A stretch of DNA of 63,411 nucleotides, the filler included, from Globobulimina sp. (taxonomy: Eukaryota): NCBI GenBank assembly GCA_003354225.1. It is 17 parts of 17 records of this genome, joined end to end, with 100 filler letters (N's around TTAATTAATTAA, not from the genome) between each part and the next. Parts side by side here need not be neighbours in the genome. Positions count along the whole stretch, not along the records: positions 22,441 to 26,076 come from PIVH01002344.1; positions 26,177 to 29,812 come from PIVH01002345.1; positions 29,913 to 33,547 come from PIVH01002346.1; positions 33,648 to 37,282 come from PIVH01002347.1; 13 more parts are not named here. The stretch is one strand, 5' to 3'. Both the position numbers and the translations under genes were made by a program. Positions 23,865-34,464 of the stretch are shown here, one piece after another. Each line of letters opens with the position of its first letter. Within the stretch, counting starts at the first letter, position 1. The notes beneath the pieces are model-generated. The model saw only the letters and a list, made by a program, of their open reading frames with translations, ran no database searches and was not told where the DNA came from.

Positions 23865-26075
23865 TCATAACATCGATGCGAATGCTTCGTATTGGTCCTC
23901 ATCGTCTGCCTTTAGGAGTACATTTTTCTCCCACCTTTTCCACTTAGTACTAAATGGTATTCTTGGCTCTGGCTCTAAACTAAAACTAATATCCATCGTA
24001 TTATTCTCATCATCGATATCTCCAAATAACTCCGCCAATTCTTCCGGTTTTTGTATATTATTAAACGACAAATCCAAGTCTAGATTTATGTCATTTTCAT
24101 GCAAAATTATCAGATTTTGATTCTGTTGTAATTTGTCTTCCTCTTTCAACTCGAAATCAATGTTATTCAAATCCGATACATTCAATACATTCACTGACAA
24201 ACCCGATAAATTTGATATATTCGATAGATTTCGTTCTTTTTCAATGAGTTTATCCTTTAAAGCATTCTTTTCCGCAATGCATTCATCCAAAATTAGTGTT
24301 TGATTTATAAGATTTGCGGAAATATCACCCTCGTTTTCTAAAACTTTTTTTGTTAATAATACCAATGAATTATTGATTGCGGAATTGATTTGTGTCAATT
24401 TTATTTCCTCTGAATCCAGAATCGACCAATCCGAAATATTTTCGTTTAAATCCGAATTCGACTTATTATTATTATCAAAAAATGCATCCCAATCAATATC
24501 ATTCACCACTTCATTTTCGTCGATTGTTGAGATAGTTATGTTTGATAATTGGCTGTTTTTGTTGTTGTTGATGTTATTATTATTTCTATGACAAAAAGAG
24601 TGAAAATTCAATTCCGATTTAAACGTATTAATATCAGCAATTTCTCTCTTTTTTTCTTTGTTTAAAAAATCCGTCTTTCTCTTCAACTCTTTCGCTCTCA
24701 TTTCGCTCTCCAAATTAATAAGTTCTTCATCCACTTTCTTGGTAAAGTCGCGCGAAAACGTTCCCGTATTATTCGCATCTTTTCCGCTGTTCATACCGTG
24801 CGTAATCGCACAATATTGAGTTTGATAAAATATTTCTTCTTTACACAGTTTTGCTTCAATAACAAATCTGTTTTCGCCTTTCATTTGTTTCAAAATACAC
24901 GTTTTCATTAATTTTAAAGGGTTTCCCTTATTCAGCTCATAACATTTCGTCCCGTCAATACCTAAAAAGTGCAATACTTCCCCGGTATATTCCTTTTTTA
25001 TTGATCTTAAAATTATCGCTAATAAACCCAAATTATTTCTTATTTTTCCATCGATATCATAAAAATTGTTATTTATCAAAACTTTATATACTTTTAAAAT
25101 GTCTCTCGTATGCTCCCCCGTCCTCGTTTTAAATTGACGGCTGCCACTTTTCCCTCTTCCACATTTACCAATGTATGGTTTCTTGCAATTATCGCAATAT
25201 ATTACATAAACAATATCGCGCGTAAAGCACGAAGACCTGTTACATTTGACTGATTGTCCCGTAATTACCGATTTCCATTTCTTTGTATTATCCATAATAT
25301 GCGTAAATTTCCTACAAACGCAGTCATCTCTGCCTTTGGTTACATTTAAGTCACTCAACATTTTGCAACACATAAAACCTTTCCAACGCTCCAAATTCTC
25401 CAAATTTATTTTATTTTTATCGATAATGATTATTTTGCCAACGTTGCAAAAATTCGATATCGTTTCATCCATAAAATCTGACTTTTTTTCTTCTGGATCT
25501 AATCTGAACGTATTTGGCGATAATACGGCGTCTAAATTGTTGTATACTTTGTAACTAATTTTAAATTTTTCCAATGGAAAAATAGCGGCCAGTTTTTGAT
25601 CGATTTTTATCCATTTATTATATGCCAATTTTAATAAATCATAAATATTTGGGATATTATTATGAAATTTGATGACAAACCAAAATTGTTTGTCTTTCAC
25701 CAATTTTGCCAAATACTTTATCTCTTCGTCACTCTTCGAATCCTCCTCAACCTCTTTATTTTCCATAATATTGTCAAAATATTTTCTTTTTCTTCGTTCT
25801 CTGATAAAATATGGCTGTTTCCATATTTTTAAGGCTTGCTTCTTTGATAATTTCCTGAATTTATTAAAAATATTGTTTACTTGCCATACATTATGGTCTC
25901 TCGCAATGAGATAACTCTTATATTTCTTAAATTGTTCATCGATAAATTGTTCGTCGGAAATACTTCTTATTCGCAATGCCGACGACGAGATTGTGCCTCT
26001 TTTTTGGTGCCGTGCATGACACGAATCATTTTGCAGTGTGCAGTGAGTATCGGTGTCTTTTGAATGTACATCCAC
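23865..26075 (-). CDS. PLE polyprotein C-terminal part: RT thumb, Cys-rich linker, GIY-YIG endonuclease, long acidic tail; 5' partial
   Basis: DVHSKDTD..CTL..DSCH..H.K..I..SALRIR (PLE thumb); IVYVIYCDNCKKPYIG...R..EH...HF...E..Y...GMN (GIY-YIG with CCHH). Confidence 0.9.
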   Translation of the reverse strand: MDVHSKDTDTHCTLQNDSCHARHQKRGTISSSALRIRSISDEQFIDEQFKKYKSYLIARDHNVWQVNNIFNKFRKLSKKQALKIWKQPYFIRERRKRKYFDNIMENKEVEEDSKSDEEIKYLAKLVKDKQFWFVIKFHNNIPNIYDLLKLAYNKWIKIDQKLAAIFPLEKFKISYKVYNNLDAVLSPNTFRLDPEEKKSDFMDETISNFCNVGKIIIIDKNKINLENLERWKGFMCCKMLSDLNVTKGRDDCVCRKFTHIMDNTKKWKSVITGQSVKCNRSSCFTRDIVYVIYCDNCKKPYIGKCGRGKSGSRQFKTRTGEHTRDILKVYKVLINNNFYDIDGKIRNNLGLLAIILRSIKKEYTGEVLHFLGIDGTKCYELNKGNPLKLMKTCILKQMKGENRFVIEAKLCKEEIFYQTQYCAITHGMNSGKDANNTGTFSRDFTKKVDEELINLESEMRAKELKRKTDFLNKEKKREIADINTFKSELNFHSFCHRNNNNINNNKNSQLSNITISTIDENEVVNDIDWDAFFDNNNKSNSDLNENISDWSILDSEEIKLTQINSAINNSLVLLTKKVLENEGDISANLINQTLILDECIAEKNALKDKLIEKERNLSNISNLSGLSVNVLNVSDLNNIDFELKEEDKLQQNQNLIILHENDINLDLDLSFNNIQKPEELAELFGDIDDENNTMDISFSLEPEPRIPFSTKWKRWEKNVLLKADDEDQYEAFASML

Positions 26076-26358
26076 CNNNNNNNNNNNNNNNNNNNNNNNN
26101 NNNNNNNNNNNNNNNNNNNNTTAATTAATTAANNNNNNNNNNNNNNNNNNNNNNNNNNNNNNNNNNNNNNNNNNNNAAATTTAAAATTTTTTTAAAAAAA
26201 ATTTTTAATTTTTTTAAAAAAATAAATAAAAAAAAAATGACAAAAGAAAAATCCACCCACATATACATAAAATTACTGAATCATACAATATGTTTAATTT
26301 GGATTGATATATGTCAGATGTAAGTAGCTATAATTGAGTAAAGTTCAGTTGTGTTGGT

Positions 26359-27717
26359 TTAGAATTCATCGCCTTCGTCACCTTCCATATCATCATCAAC
26401 AGATTCTTGTGCAACTTCTTCATAATCTTTTTCCATCGCAGCTAAATCTTCTCGAGCTTCACCAAATTCACCTTCTTCCATTCCTTCACCAACATACCAA
26501 TGCACAAATGCTCTTTTTGCATACATTAAATCAAATTTATGGTCCATTCTTCCCATAACCTCGGCAATAGCCGTCGTATTCGAGATCATTAAGACTGATC
26601 TTTGTACTTTGGCCAAATCACCACCAGGTACAACAGTGGGCGGTTGGTAGTTAATGCCAACTTTAAATCCGGTCGGGCACCAATCCACAAATCTAATCGT
26701 TCGCTTTGTTTTGACAGTGCCAATTGCAGCATTTACATCTTTTGGGACAACATCGCCACGATACATCATACAGCACGCCATATATTTGCCATGTCGCGGG
26801 TCACATTTTACCATTTGATTAGCGGGTTCAAACACAGAGTTTGTGATTTCAGCAACGGATAATTGTTCATGATATGCGATCTCTGCAGATATAACCGGTG
26901 CAAATGCACACAGTGGGAAATGTATACGTGGATACGGCACTAAATTTGTTTGAAATTCTGTTAAATCCACATTTAATGCGCCATCAAATCTTAATGACGC
27001 AGTCACGGAAGAGATACATTGTGCTAGTAAACGATTTAAATTTGTATAGGTTGGTCGTTCAATGCCTAAATTGCGACGGCAAATGTCATATAATGCTTCA
27101 TTATCGACCATAAAGGCAACATCAGAATGTTCCATCATAGCATGTGCACATAACACGGAATTATAGGGTTCAACCACAGCAGTGGCAATTTGCGGAGATG
27201 GATACACTGCAAACTCAATTTTGGATTTTTTACCATAATCAACGGATAGTCGCTCTAATAATAATGAACCAAAGCCAGAACCTGTGCCGCCGCCAAATGA
27301 ATGGTATATCATAAAGCCTTGTAAACCGGTACAATTATCTGCTAATTTACGTATACGATCTAATACTAAGTCAATTACTTCTTTTCCGATGGTATAATGA
27401 CCTCTGGCATAATTATTTGCGGCATCTTCTTTGCCAGAGATTAATTGTTCGGGATGGAATAATTGCCGATATGTTCCGGTGCGAACCTCGTCAATGACGG
27501 TTGGTTCTAAATCAACCATTACTGTGCGTGGAACATGTTTGCCTGCACCGGTCTCACTAAAAAATGTATTAAATGAGTCATCTCCGCCACCAATTGTTTT
27601 GTCGGAAGGCATTTGGCCATCGGGTTGAATACCATGTTCTAAACAAAATAATTCCCAGCATGCGTTACCTACCTGAACACCTGCTTGGCCAATATGAATT
27701 GTAATACATTCTCTCAT
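26359..27717 (-). CDS. TUBA: Alpha-tubulin, canonical, intronless
   Basis: MRECI, K40 loop [19 protein letters not shown], acidic tail ending EF; 452 aa. Confidence 0.99.
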   Translation of the reverse strand: MRECITIHIGQAGVQVGNACWELFCLEHGIQPDGQMPSDKTIGGGDDSFNTFFSETGAGKHVPRTVMVDLEPTVIDEVRTGTYRQLFHPEQLISGKEDAANNYARGHYTIGKEVIDLVLDRIRKLADNCTGLQGFMIYHSFGGGTGSGFGSLLLERLSVDYGKKSKIEFAVYPSPQIATAVVEPYNSVLCAHAMMEHSDVAFMVDNEALYDICRRNLGIERPTYTNLNRLLAQCISSVTASLRFDGALNVDLTEFQTNLVPYPRIHFPLCAFAPVISAEIAYHEQLSVAEITNSVFEPANQMVKCDPRHGKYMACCMMYRGDVVPKDVNAAIGTVKTKRTIRFVDWCPTGFKVGINYQPPTVVPGGDLAKVQRSVLMISNTTAIAEVMGRMDHKFDLMYAKRAFVHWYVGEGMEEGEFGEAREDLAAMEKDYEEVAQESVDDDMEGDEGDEF

Positions 27718-28205
27718 TTTGAATTAATTTAGTTTTTGAAGGTGATAACTTAATTCAAGAGAAAAAAAGGATGAGTGAAGAAAGGTTTGTTGATTTGTTT
27801 GATGTTTTGTTGAAAAAAAGTAAAAAAATGGCGTCAGTACTCAGTAGCTGGTTCCATGGGTAAAAGTTGTGCACCAAGTTATACAAATTGATGGATTTGT
27901 ATTACAGAGTATAGAAACACTGTATACCACCGAGACTTTTCATGAATACCCTCTATGATTACTGAAACATGCTTCATAATATGAAGAACAAATCTGCAAA
28001 ACTTTAAGAAATCAACGTATTAAAAGTTTGTGCACAAAGTTATAAAAATTACACTATTTTTCAAATGGTATTTTTTTGTATACAGTTGAAATGAAACACA
28101 TTACGGTTGAAAATGTTACGGCTGTTTGTGATTAGAATTTTGATATATTTTTGTTTTATTTAAGCTCAGCATACTTAACTTCAAAATTGATTATTTATTT
28201 GAACC

Positions 28206-29129
28206 ATGGCACATCAATTATCGACAAACATGAACCCACCAAAACCGAAGAAACCGTTAAAACGAAAGAATCAACTTCGAATATCGCAACCAATTCACCA
28301 TCAACAAAACATAAACACAAACAATAATAATTCATCTGATCGTTTCCATTCTCCATACCGCAAAAAACCACGCTATTCGTCGCCGCATGCATCGTCAATA
28401 AACACCAATAAAATTCCTAAAAAAAAGCAACATGAAAGACTAGAAAAACCAAAATCATTATCGCGGTCGCGGCCAACACATATTTTTTCATCAATATCCC
28501 CGCTCGAATCAGAAAAGGATATTTTATTATCATTAAAAGACGAGACAGTGATAAATTTTTCATGTATTTCTTATGATTCATTGGTGCAATATTGTAAAAT
28601 GTTTAAATTGCATCATTTTCAATATAATTATCATTATGATTTAGCGCAATCGCAATCAAATAATAATAACAACACTGACAATAACAATAACAATGATGAC
28701 ATCGATATTGATATTTTGATGGATTTTAAACAAAAAGAAAATGAAAATAAAAATTTGAGTGCAAGGATATCAAAAAGGGAAATGGACGACGACGAGGAGC
28801 CAAATGTTGATGTTGTTGATAATAAAAATAAAAAAAGAAATCGAAAAAACAAAAATAAAAATAGAAAGAGAGTGGATGCCGAACATCATTATTTTAATTC
28901 AGATTCATTGGATACGCATTATGAGAAACAAAAACGGCAACAAATACCGCACACATTTGAGAGATCGACGAGATTAACAAAATCAGAGTTGGTTGAAATT
29001 GTCCGCCAACATTTTCTGTCTGCGCCTTTATTGAAGGATTTAAATGAAATTGATGTTATTAAACAGTTTTTGCTATTTATACAGAACCGAAGGAATAAAT
29101 TGAAACAGGAATTTTGTTTTCAAAGATAA
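28206..29129 (+). CDS. SAP30-like protein (Sin3-binding domain)
   Basis: INFSCISYDSLVQYCKMFKL ... TKSELVEIVRQHF...NEIDVIKQFL...RNKL. Confidence 0.65.
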   Translation: MAHQLSTNMNPPKPKKPLKRKNQLRISQPIHHQQNINTNNNNSSDRFHSPYRKKPRYSSPHASSINTNKIPKKKQHERLEKPKSLSRSRPTHIFSSISPLESEKDILLSLKDETVINFSCISYDSLVQYCKMFKLHHFQYNYHYDLAQSQSNNNNNTDNNNNNDDIDIDILMDFKQKENENKNLSARISKREMDDDEEPNVDVVDNKNKKRNRKNKNKNRKRVDAEHHYFNSDSLDTHYEKQKRQQIPHTFERSTRLTKSELVEIVRQHFLSAPLLKDLNEIDVIKQFLLFIQNRRNKLKQEFCFQR

Positions 29130-29142
29130 ATTATTCATTTAA

Positions 29143-29812
29143 TTAATTGATGAATGCCTGTTCTTGTTCTTGGTCTTCAATTGCAACTTTGTTTGATTTT
29201 CTATTCAATCTATTGCCTATCCGATAGCATCCAGATGATATTAAACATAAGCAAATAAATCCGGATATAACAATCAATACTCTTCCAATTTGAGAAATAT
29301 CGCTTGAATCACCTGCAGCTATGCAGTCAAAGTTTGTTTGGTTTAGTACACGGCCACAACACATTGATGGTGAGCATTTATTTCCATTTGTAAATACGGA
29401 ATGATTTTTATAATTGGTGCCACAAAATATATCCCAATTTGAAACACATGAATTATCATAAAAACCACTGTTCATATCACACAAACAATTATTATCTTCA
29501 ACGATAATTACATTTTTGTTTAAACCGTTTTTTGAATAAATTGATAAATTCCAACATCCATAGTTATCACAAATAATCTGCGAATTAACTGCGGAAATAT
29601 AATATTTTCCTTTTGAACAACTTTCTTTGTGTCCACCACAAAACAAATTAAATTGTTTGGCATTTTCACCATAAATATTACCTTCAAAGTAACCATTACC
29701 ACCAAATGAATGATCACCTGCCTTATTTGATACATGTAATTGAATTAATTTTGTATTGTTTAAATAAATACCATTATGAGCCATACATTTTGTATTTTGA
29801 ATATATATTCGA
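29143..29812 (-). CDS. Cys-rich single-pass surface protein, 5' partial
   Basis: Repeating C...C beta-rich ectodomain, C-terminal TM VLIVISGFICLCLISSGCY. Confidence 0.7.
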
Positions 29813-30081
29813 NNNNNNNNNNNNNNNNNNNNNNNNNNNNNNNNNNNNNNNNNNNNTTAATTAATTAANNNNNNNNNNNNNNNNNNNNNNNNNNNNNNNN
29901 NNNNNNNNNNNNTATAATAATTAAAATATAGTGTATAAATATATATCATGTGAGGTCTACGCTTTTTCAAAGTGGATTCTCTCCTGGTCCAAAATACATA
30001 CTTTGTTGCTCACACCGTAAACTAATTGAAGTGTAAGGAGATCACCCTTTAAAATTAAAATATCTGAACTTACTAGTAAGA

Positions 30082-32295
30082 ATGGCACATTTAACGCAAG
30101 GATACATGCATGCACACAGCGTGTATGGCGCGGCCATCGCCAATCAGCCCCAAAAAGACAAGACAAGCAATGAACAGCAAGAAGCGTACAGAAAAGCCAT
30201 CAAATCGATCCAAGGCACGCTAGAGAAACCAGAGGAATTTTATGAAACTTTTGTGATCAAAGAAATCTTAAAAATTGGCTCCGCCTATCAATCATTGCGG
30301 AGTGCTATAAATAAATGGTCGCACTTAAAAAACAGATTGAAGGCAAACGCAAAGAACAAAGAGTTAGGGATTTATGTGACGGTGTTGCAGCAATCCAAAA
30401 TGTACCAAACTTTGAATAAATTGTTATCGCCGACTGTGGGACACACAAAATCCATTCAAGCCGCTGCCTGCAAGACATTGTCATTAATTGTTCTGAGACC
30501 AAATAGATATCGCAACGCCGAATGGTATCACAAGAAGCAGAAAATCGTTGCATTGAAACCATTTGATATCAAAGGCTCGACCTACACCGTTTTGTTACTA
30601 ATATCACACATTTTGAATGGTTTTAGTTTGGATAATCTCGATTTAATCTGTTCTGCTTTGCAGTTATTAGCAAATTTAGTGAACCATAATTCTGATGTTA
30701 TACTGGCAATAAATAAGCAATTCACATTTATTTCAATGATATTCGAAATCTTAAATCACGACTTATTCTTTCAACTAACTCTGAAAAAAGAAGATAAAAA
30801 GAATAAAGTGGCCATTTTGACTCTGATCAATGCGTTGAATGCCATATTAAATCTGAGCCAACATAACGAGACAAATCGAGTGCAATTTTGTGGCCTGAAT
30901 GGATGGCAAATTATTTGCAAATGTTTGAAGCATAAATGTATGCAAATCCGTCAGTTATCGCTGTGTTTTATTAGTTCAATCTGTGTTTCATCCAAATTGT
31001 CAGCCAAATCTTTTTTAAATACTACTTTTGAGCATGTTGAAAGCTTCAAGATTTTGCTGGATATCATGGAGAATATTTGTGCTGTCATTGATAATGAGAT
31101 AAATATGAAAAGCGTCGACGAGTTGTTATGCAAATTAATGTGTTCATTGACGTGTTTATGCAATGATAATTCGTTGGGATATCGCAAATTTTGTATGCAT
31201 AAATCATGGCAAATAATACGCAAATTATTACAAAGCATAAACAGTTCGACACAAAAACACTCGTTTTCGCACACATTGCATTTGCAAATATTTTCATTGT
31301 TATCTTGTTTCAATGTGCCGTCATCTTTTAATAAATGGAAAGAATGTGAATGGAATGTAATGTTTAAAAATGAGTCGGCGGAAAAGAAGAAAAAACTGAC
31401 TATGAAACAACGCAAATTAAAACAAAAAAAGGATGAAATTGCGGCAGAAAACGAATATAAAAAAACGCAGAGAATTTGCAAAGAAATCATTGGAATGTTA
31501 GGTGGTTATATGGATGAAGGAGAAGACGGTGACATTGTATTAAAATATTTGTTTAAAAGTTTGTCTGTTTCGCAGTATGTGATCGGCGCAATGAGTGCGT
31601 TGGGAATATTATGCAAATACAAACACAATGGAAATATCATTCGATTGAACCAAATCATTGAGATTGTAAAGCGAGAGAATGCGGAGAAATACAATTTGTC
31701 ATTGAAAGGATTAAAGGACAAAATGTTGGGATCATTCATAAATATAAAATGTCAGTTTATGGGAAATAAGGATTTTAACCAATTGGTTTATTTTATTTCT
31801 GCCATCAACGACTTGATTGAAGCCATTTCCTTTTCGAATGATAACAATAACAATAACAATGGCAAAGAAGTAAGAGATTTGTTGCTGAAATCCAATGTAA
31901 TTTATGTGTTTTGTATGGTGATCACGAAGAGTTCGAATAAGTTCTTTATTCACCAACGGAATAATAACAAAATGATTGATTATAAAGCGAGATTCGAACA
32001 GATTCAGAACTTAAAAATGAAGGCTTGTTATGGTTTGGCAAAAGTTATAAAATATGATATTGAGATGCAAAGCTTATTTGGGCAATGGCTGAAAAGTATG
32101 AATGCGGCGTTAAAAGATTTGGCAATGGATCCCGTCGACAATTCACTGCTACAAATTGCAATAACTCATGTCATCGCAGCTGGCTGTTTTAAACCGATAA
32201 ATAATCAAAATATTGCACAACTGCGAGCGCAGAATATCCAACATCTCTTATTTCAGTTATACAGACAAATTCAAATCACCACTACACAACGTTGA
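30082..32295 (+). CDS. Armadillo/HEAT-like repeat protein
   Basis: 737-aa helical ORF with ARM-like units (ALQLLANLV, ALNAILNLSQHNETNR..F...GW..I..CL). Confidence 0.7.
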   Translation: MAHLTQGYMHAHSVYGAAIANQPQKDKTSNEQQEAYRKAIKSIQGTLEKPEEFYETFVIKEILKIGSAYQSLRSAINKWSHLKNRLKANAKNKELGIYVTVLQQSKMYQTLNKLLSPTVGHTKSIQAAACKTLSLIVLRPNRYRNAEWYHKKQKIVALKPFDIKGSTYTVLLLISHILNGFSLDNLDLICSALQLLANLVNHNSDVILAINKQFTFISMIFEILNHDLFFQLTLKKEDKKNKVAILTLINALNAILNLSQHNETNRVQFCGLNGWQIICKCLKHKCMQIRQLSLCFISSICVSSKLSAKSFLNTTFEHVESFKILLDIMENICAVIDNEINMKSVDELLCKLMCSLTCLCNDNSLGYRKFCMHKSWQIIRKLLQSINSSTQKHSFSHTLHLQIFSLLSCFNVPSSFNKWKECEWNVMFKNESAEKKKKLTMKQRKLKQKKDEIAAENEYKKTQRICKEIIGMLGGYMDEGEDGDIVLKYLFKSLSVSQYVIGAMSALGILCKYKHNGNIIRLNQIIEIVKRENAEKYNLSLKGLKDKMLGSFINIKCQFMGNKDFNQLVYFISAINDLIEAISFSNDNNNNNNGKEVRDLLLKSNVIYVFCMVITKSSNKFFIHQRNNNKMIDYKARFEQIQNLKMKACYGLAKVIKYDIEMQSLFGQWLKSMNAALKDLAMDPVDNSLLQIAITHVIAAGCFKPINNQNIAQLRAQNIQHLLFQLYRQIQITTTQR

Positions 32296-32373
32296 TTACG
32301 AATGCACTTTATTTACTTATTTAATTTTAATGACATCTTTTTACTTCACTTGTTTTTTTTTACTAAACAGCAC

Positions 32374-33282
32374 ATGCTTCCCCGTTTATTTTTGTTTCGA
32401 AAGCCAGACAGATTGACCACATCATTAGCACCACCAAAATGGCACAATCATTGCTCCTCAATCAGTACAACAAATAACAGTTCCTTCAATTTTGCAAGAT
32501 ATGCAGCATTTGGTCTTACTGTGTTTTCCTTGTCGACATTATATGTATTAAACCGAAACAGCAAAGTGAATGCGTCTGCAATTGCAAACGATGAAAAACA
32601 TGAAAGCAAAAACAAACTACAGTGCCCCGAATGGAATGTTTATTGGGACAATCGGAGAATAAATGCACCAAATAATTCAACAAGAAGTTACACACTAATT
32701 CGACACGGACAATATGTTCATAATACATTTGAATGCAACAAAGTTCTCACCGATTTGGGCGAAAAACAAGCAAAAATAACTGGAGAGACATTGAAATGTT
32801 TTGGCACTGAATATGATGAAATAATGTGTTCGACCATGGTTCGAGCCAAACAAACTGCAAATATTATAACAAAGGAATTATTTCCAAATCTAACTAAAGA
32901 ACAAATCGGTATCGATATCAAATATGACGCAAATTTGAATGAAGGAGCGCCGTCATACTGCATTCCAGAAAGAGAAGATTTAAATAACTCTGGTTTTTGG
33001 CATAAATTGGATTCTGAGTCAGATCGAATAGGCAAAGCATTTGAGACTTATATTCATAGAAATGATGCGGAGAAAGACAAAGAAATATTAATCATTGGGC
33101 ATGGCAATGTGTTTCGTTATTTTATGTGTCGGGTTCTCCAAATACCGAGTGAGTGTTGGTTGAGATTCTCGATTTGTAACTGTGGCATCACAAAATTCAA
33201 AGTGTCTGCCGATGGACAAGTAAGTGTCCAATGTATTGGATCTCAGGGACATTTGGCAAAGAATGACTTGACATTTAATTAA
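32374..33282 (+). CDS. PGAM5: PGAM5-like mitochondrial histidine phosphatase
   Basis: W.VYWD.R motif, LIRHGQY, LTDLGEKQA, STMVRAKQTA, GHGNVFRYFMCRVLQ.P.E.WLR; N-terminal TM. Confidence 0.9.
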   Translation: MLPRLFLFRKPDRLTTSLAPPKWHNHCSSISTTNNSSFNFARYAAFGLTVFSLSTLYVLNRNSKVNASAIANDEKHESKNKLQCPEWNVYWDNRRINAPNNSTRSYTLIRHGQYVHNTFECNKVLTDLGEKQAKITGETLKCFGTEYDEIMCSTMVRAKQTANIITKELFPNLTKEQIGIDIKYDANLNEGAPSYCIPEREDLNNSGFWHKLDSESDRIGKAFETYIHRNDAEKDKEILIIGHGNVFRYFMCRVLQIPSECWLRFSICNCGITKFKVSADGQVSVQCIGSQGHLAKNDLTFN

Positions 33283-33647
33283 AATTCAAATTTAATCCTT
33301 GACTTTCACACAATATTTGTATCATTTGTTATAAAGTGAAGTAAAATCATATTGTCCTACAGCAACAACAAAAAAACATGTCGATTTCGGGGTAATAGGG
33401 CTTGATAATTCGTGTCTTTATGCATGATATGGCAACGTCCATAAACCAAATACACTAATCGTGATTTTTTGTTGTATACCGAGTATGAAGAAGGAGCTGC
33501 AAAATATGGATTCCTACTAGAAGCAATCAACATACCTGCAAACAATGNNNNNNNNNNNNNNNNNNNNNNNNNNNNNNNNNNNNNNNNNNNNTTAATTAAT
33601 TAANNNNNNNNNNNNNNNNNNNNNNNNNNNNNNNNNNNNNNNNNNNN

Positions 33648-34017
33648 TAACTTGTTCCATTAATTGATAGACTTGGAAGGCAAGACCAATTTGTACGGAT
33701 GGTATATTTATGCTTTGTAAGTACTTTTTGATTGTATTTGTATGGAAGGTGCTATAATAGAACATGTGGGCGGCGCGTTGTATGATAGAATAGGCGGGCC
33801 ACGGAGTGGATCGTTGGAATATTAAACCTTTGGATATATTTGCTTCCATTGGCAATTGTGGCGGTTGTCGTGGGCATAAAAAATCATTTGTGGCGATACA
33901 ACGGGCTTTTCTGGTTAGTGTGATGGCTGCGAATTCTTTGGCGATTTCTTGTTGCAATGCTTTGTGTTCAATGTGTTCGTATTGACCTATTAATTTTTGG
34001 TATTCTTCTGCTGTCAT
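33648..34017 (-). CDS. Hypothetical protein, 3' partial
   Basis: ATG-initiated ORF running into the linker. Confidence 0.45.
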
Positions 34018-34464
34018 TTTAGAGTGATTTACTGCTGCAAATCCCTAGATTTATTTATTTTTGTTTTGATTTGTTTTTTTGATGCATGTTTGTGTTGTAC
34101 GCAATTATTAATGGTTACGTAACTGATCTCCGTTTAGGACGGTGTGTCATTGCGGACAGGGTTGCTTGTTTCAAGCGGATTGGATCGAAGGTATTATAAA
34201 CTGCTAAGATTAAAAACAGCTTAAATAAATCTTTTTGCCTAAAAATAGAAATAACTCCGACTATTTATAGGATGTTAGATATTAAAATTACAATCACAAA
34301 CAGCCATTATTTTGATTTCCAACATCAATTTTGTCTGTGCTTTTGTCTGATTTATTCATTGAACCAAAAGATTTATCACAAAGTTTTAATCTAAAAAACA
34401 ACTTTCACCTCACTTTCAATCCTCTCGATTATTAAACTCCTTTTGAGTATCACTATATTCAAAA

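Larger units (their letters stand above)
22441..26076 (-). mobile_element. Penelope-like retroelement, probably two head-to-tail copies (3' part of copy 1, 5' part of copy 2)
   Basis: RT thumb plus GIY-YIG ORF, AT-rich spacer with hammerhead motif, then ORF resembling a PLE N-terminal domain, all on the same strand. Confidence 0.85.

Noticed and set aside
34125-34200. GC-richer intergenic patch as a possible ncRNA or tRNA
   Set aside because: No cloverleaf, box motifs or convincing stems found by eye.
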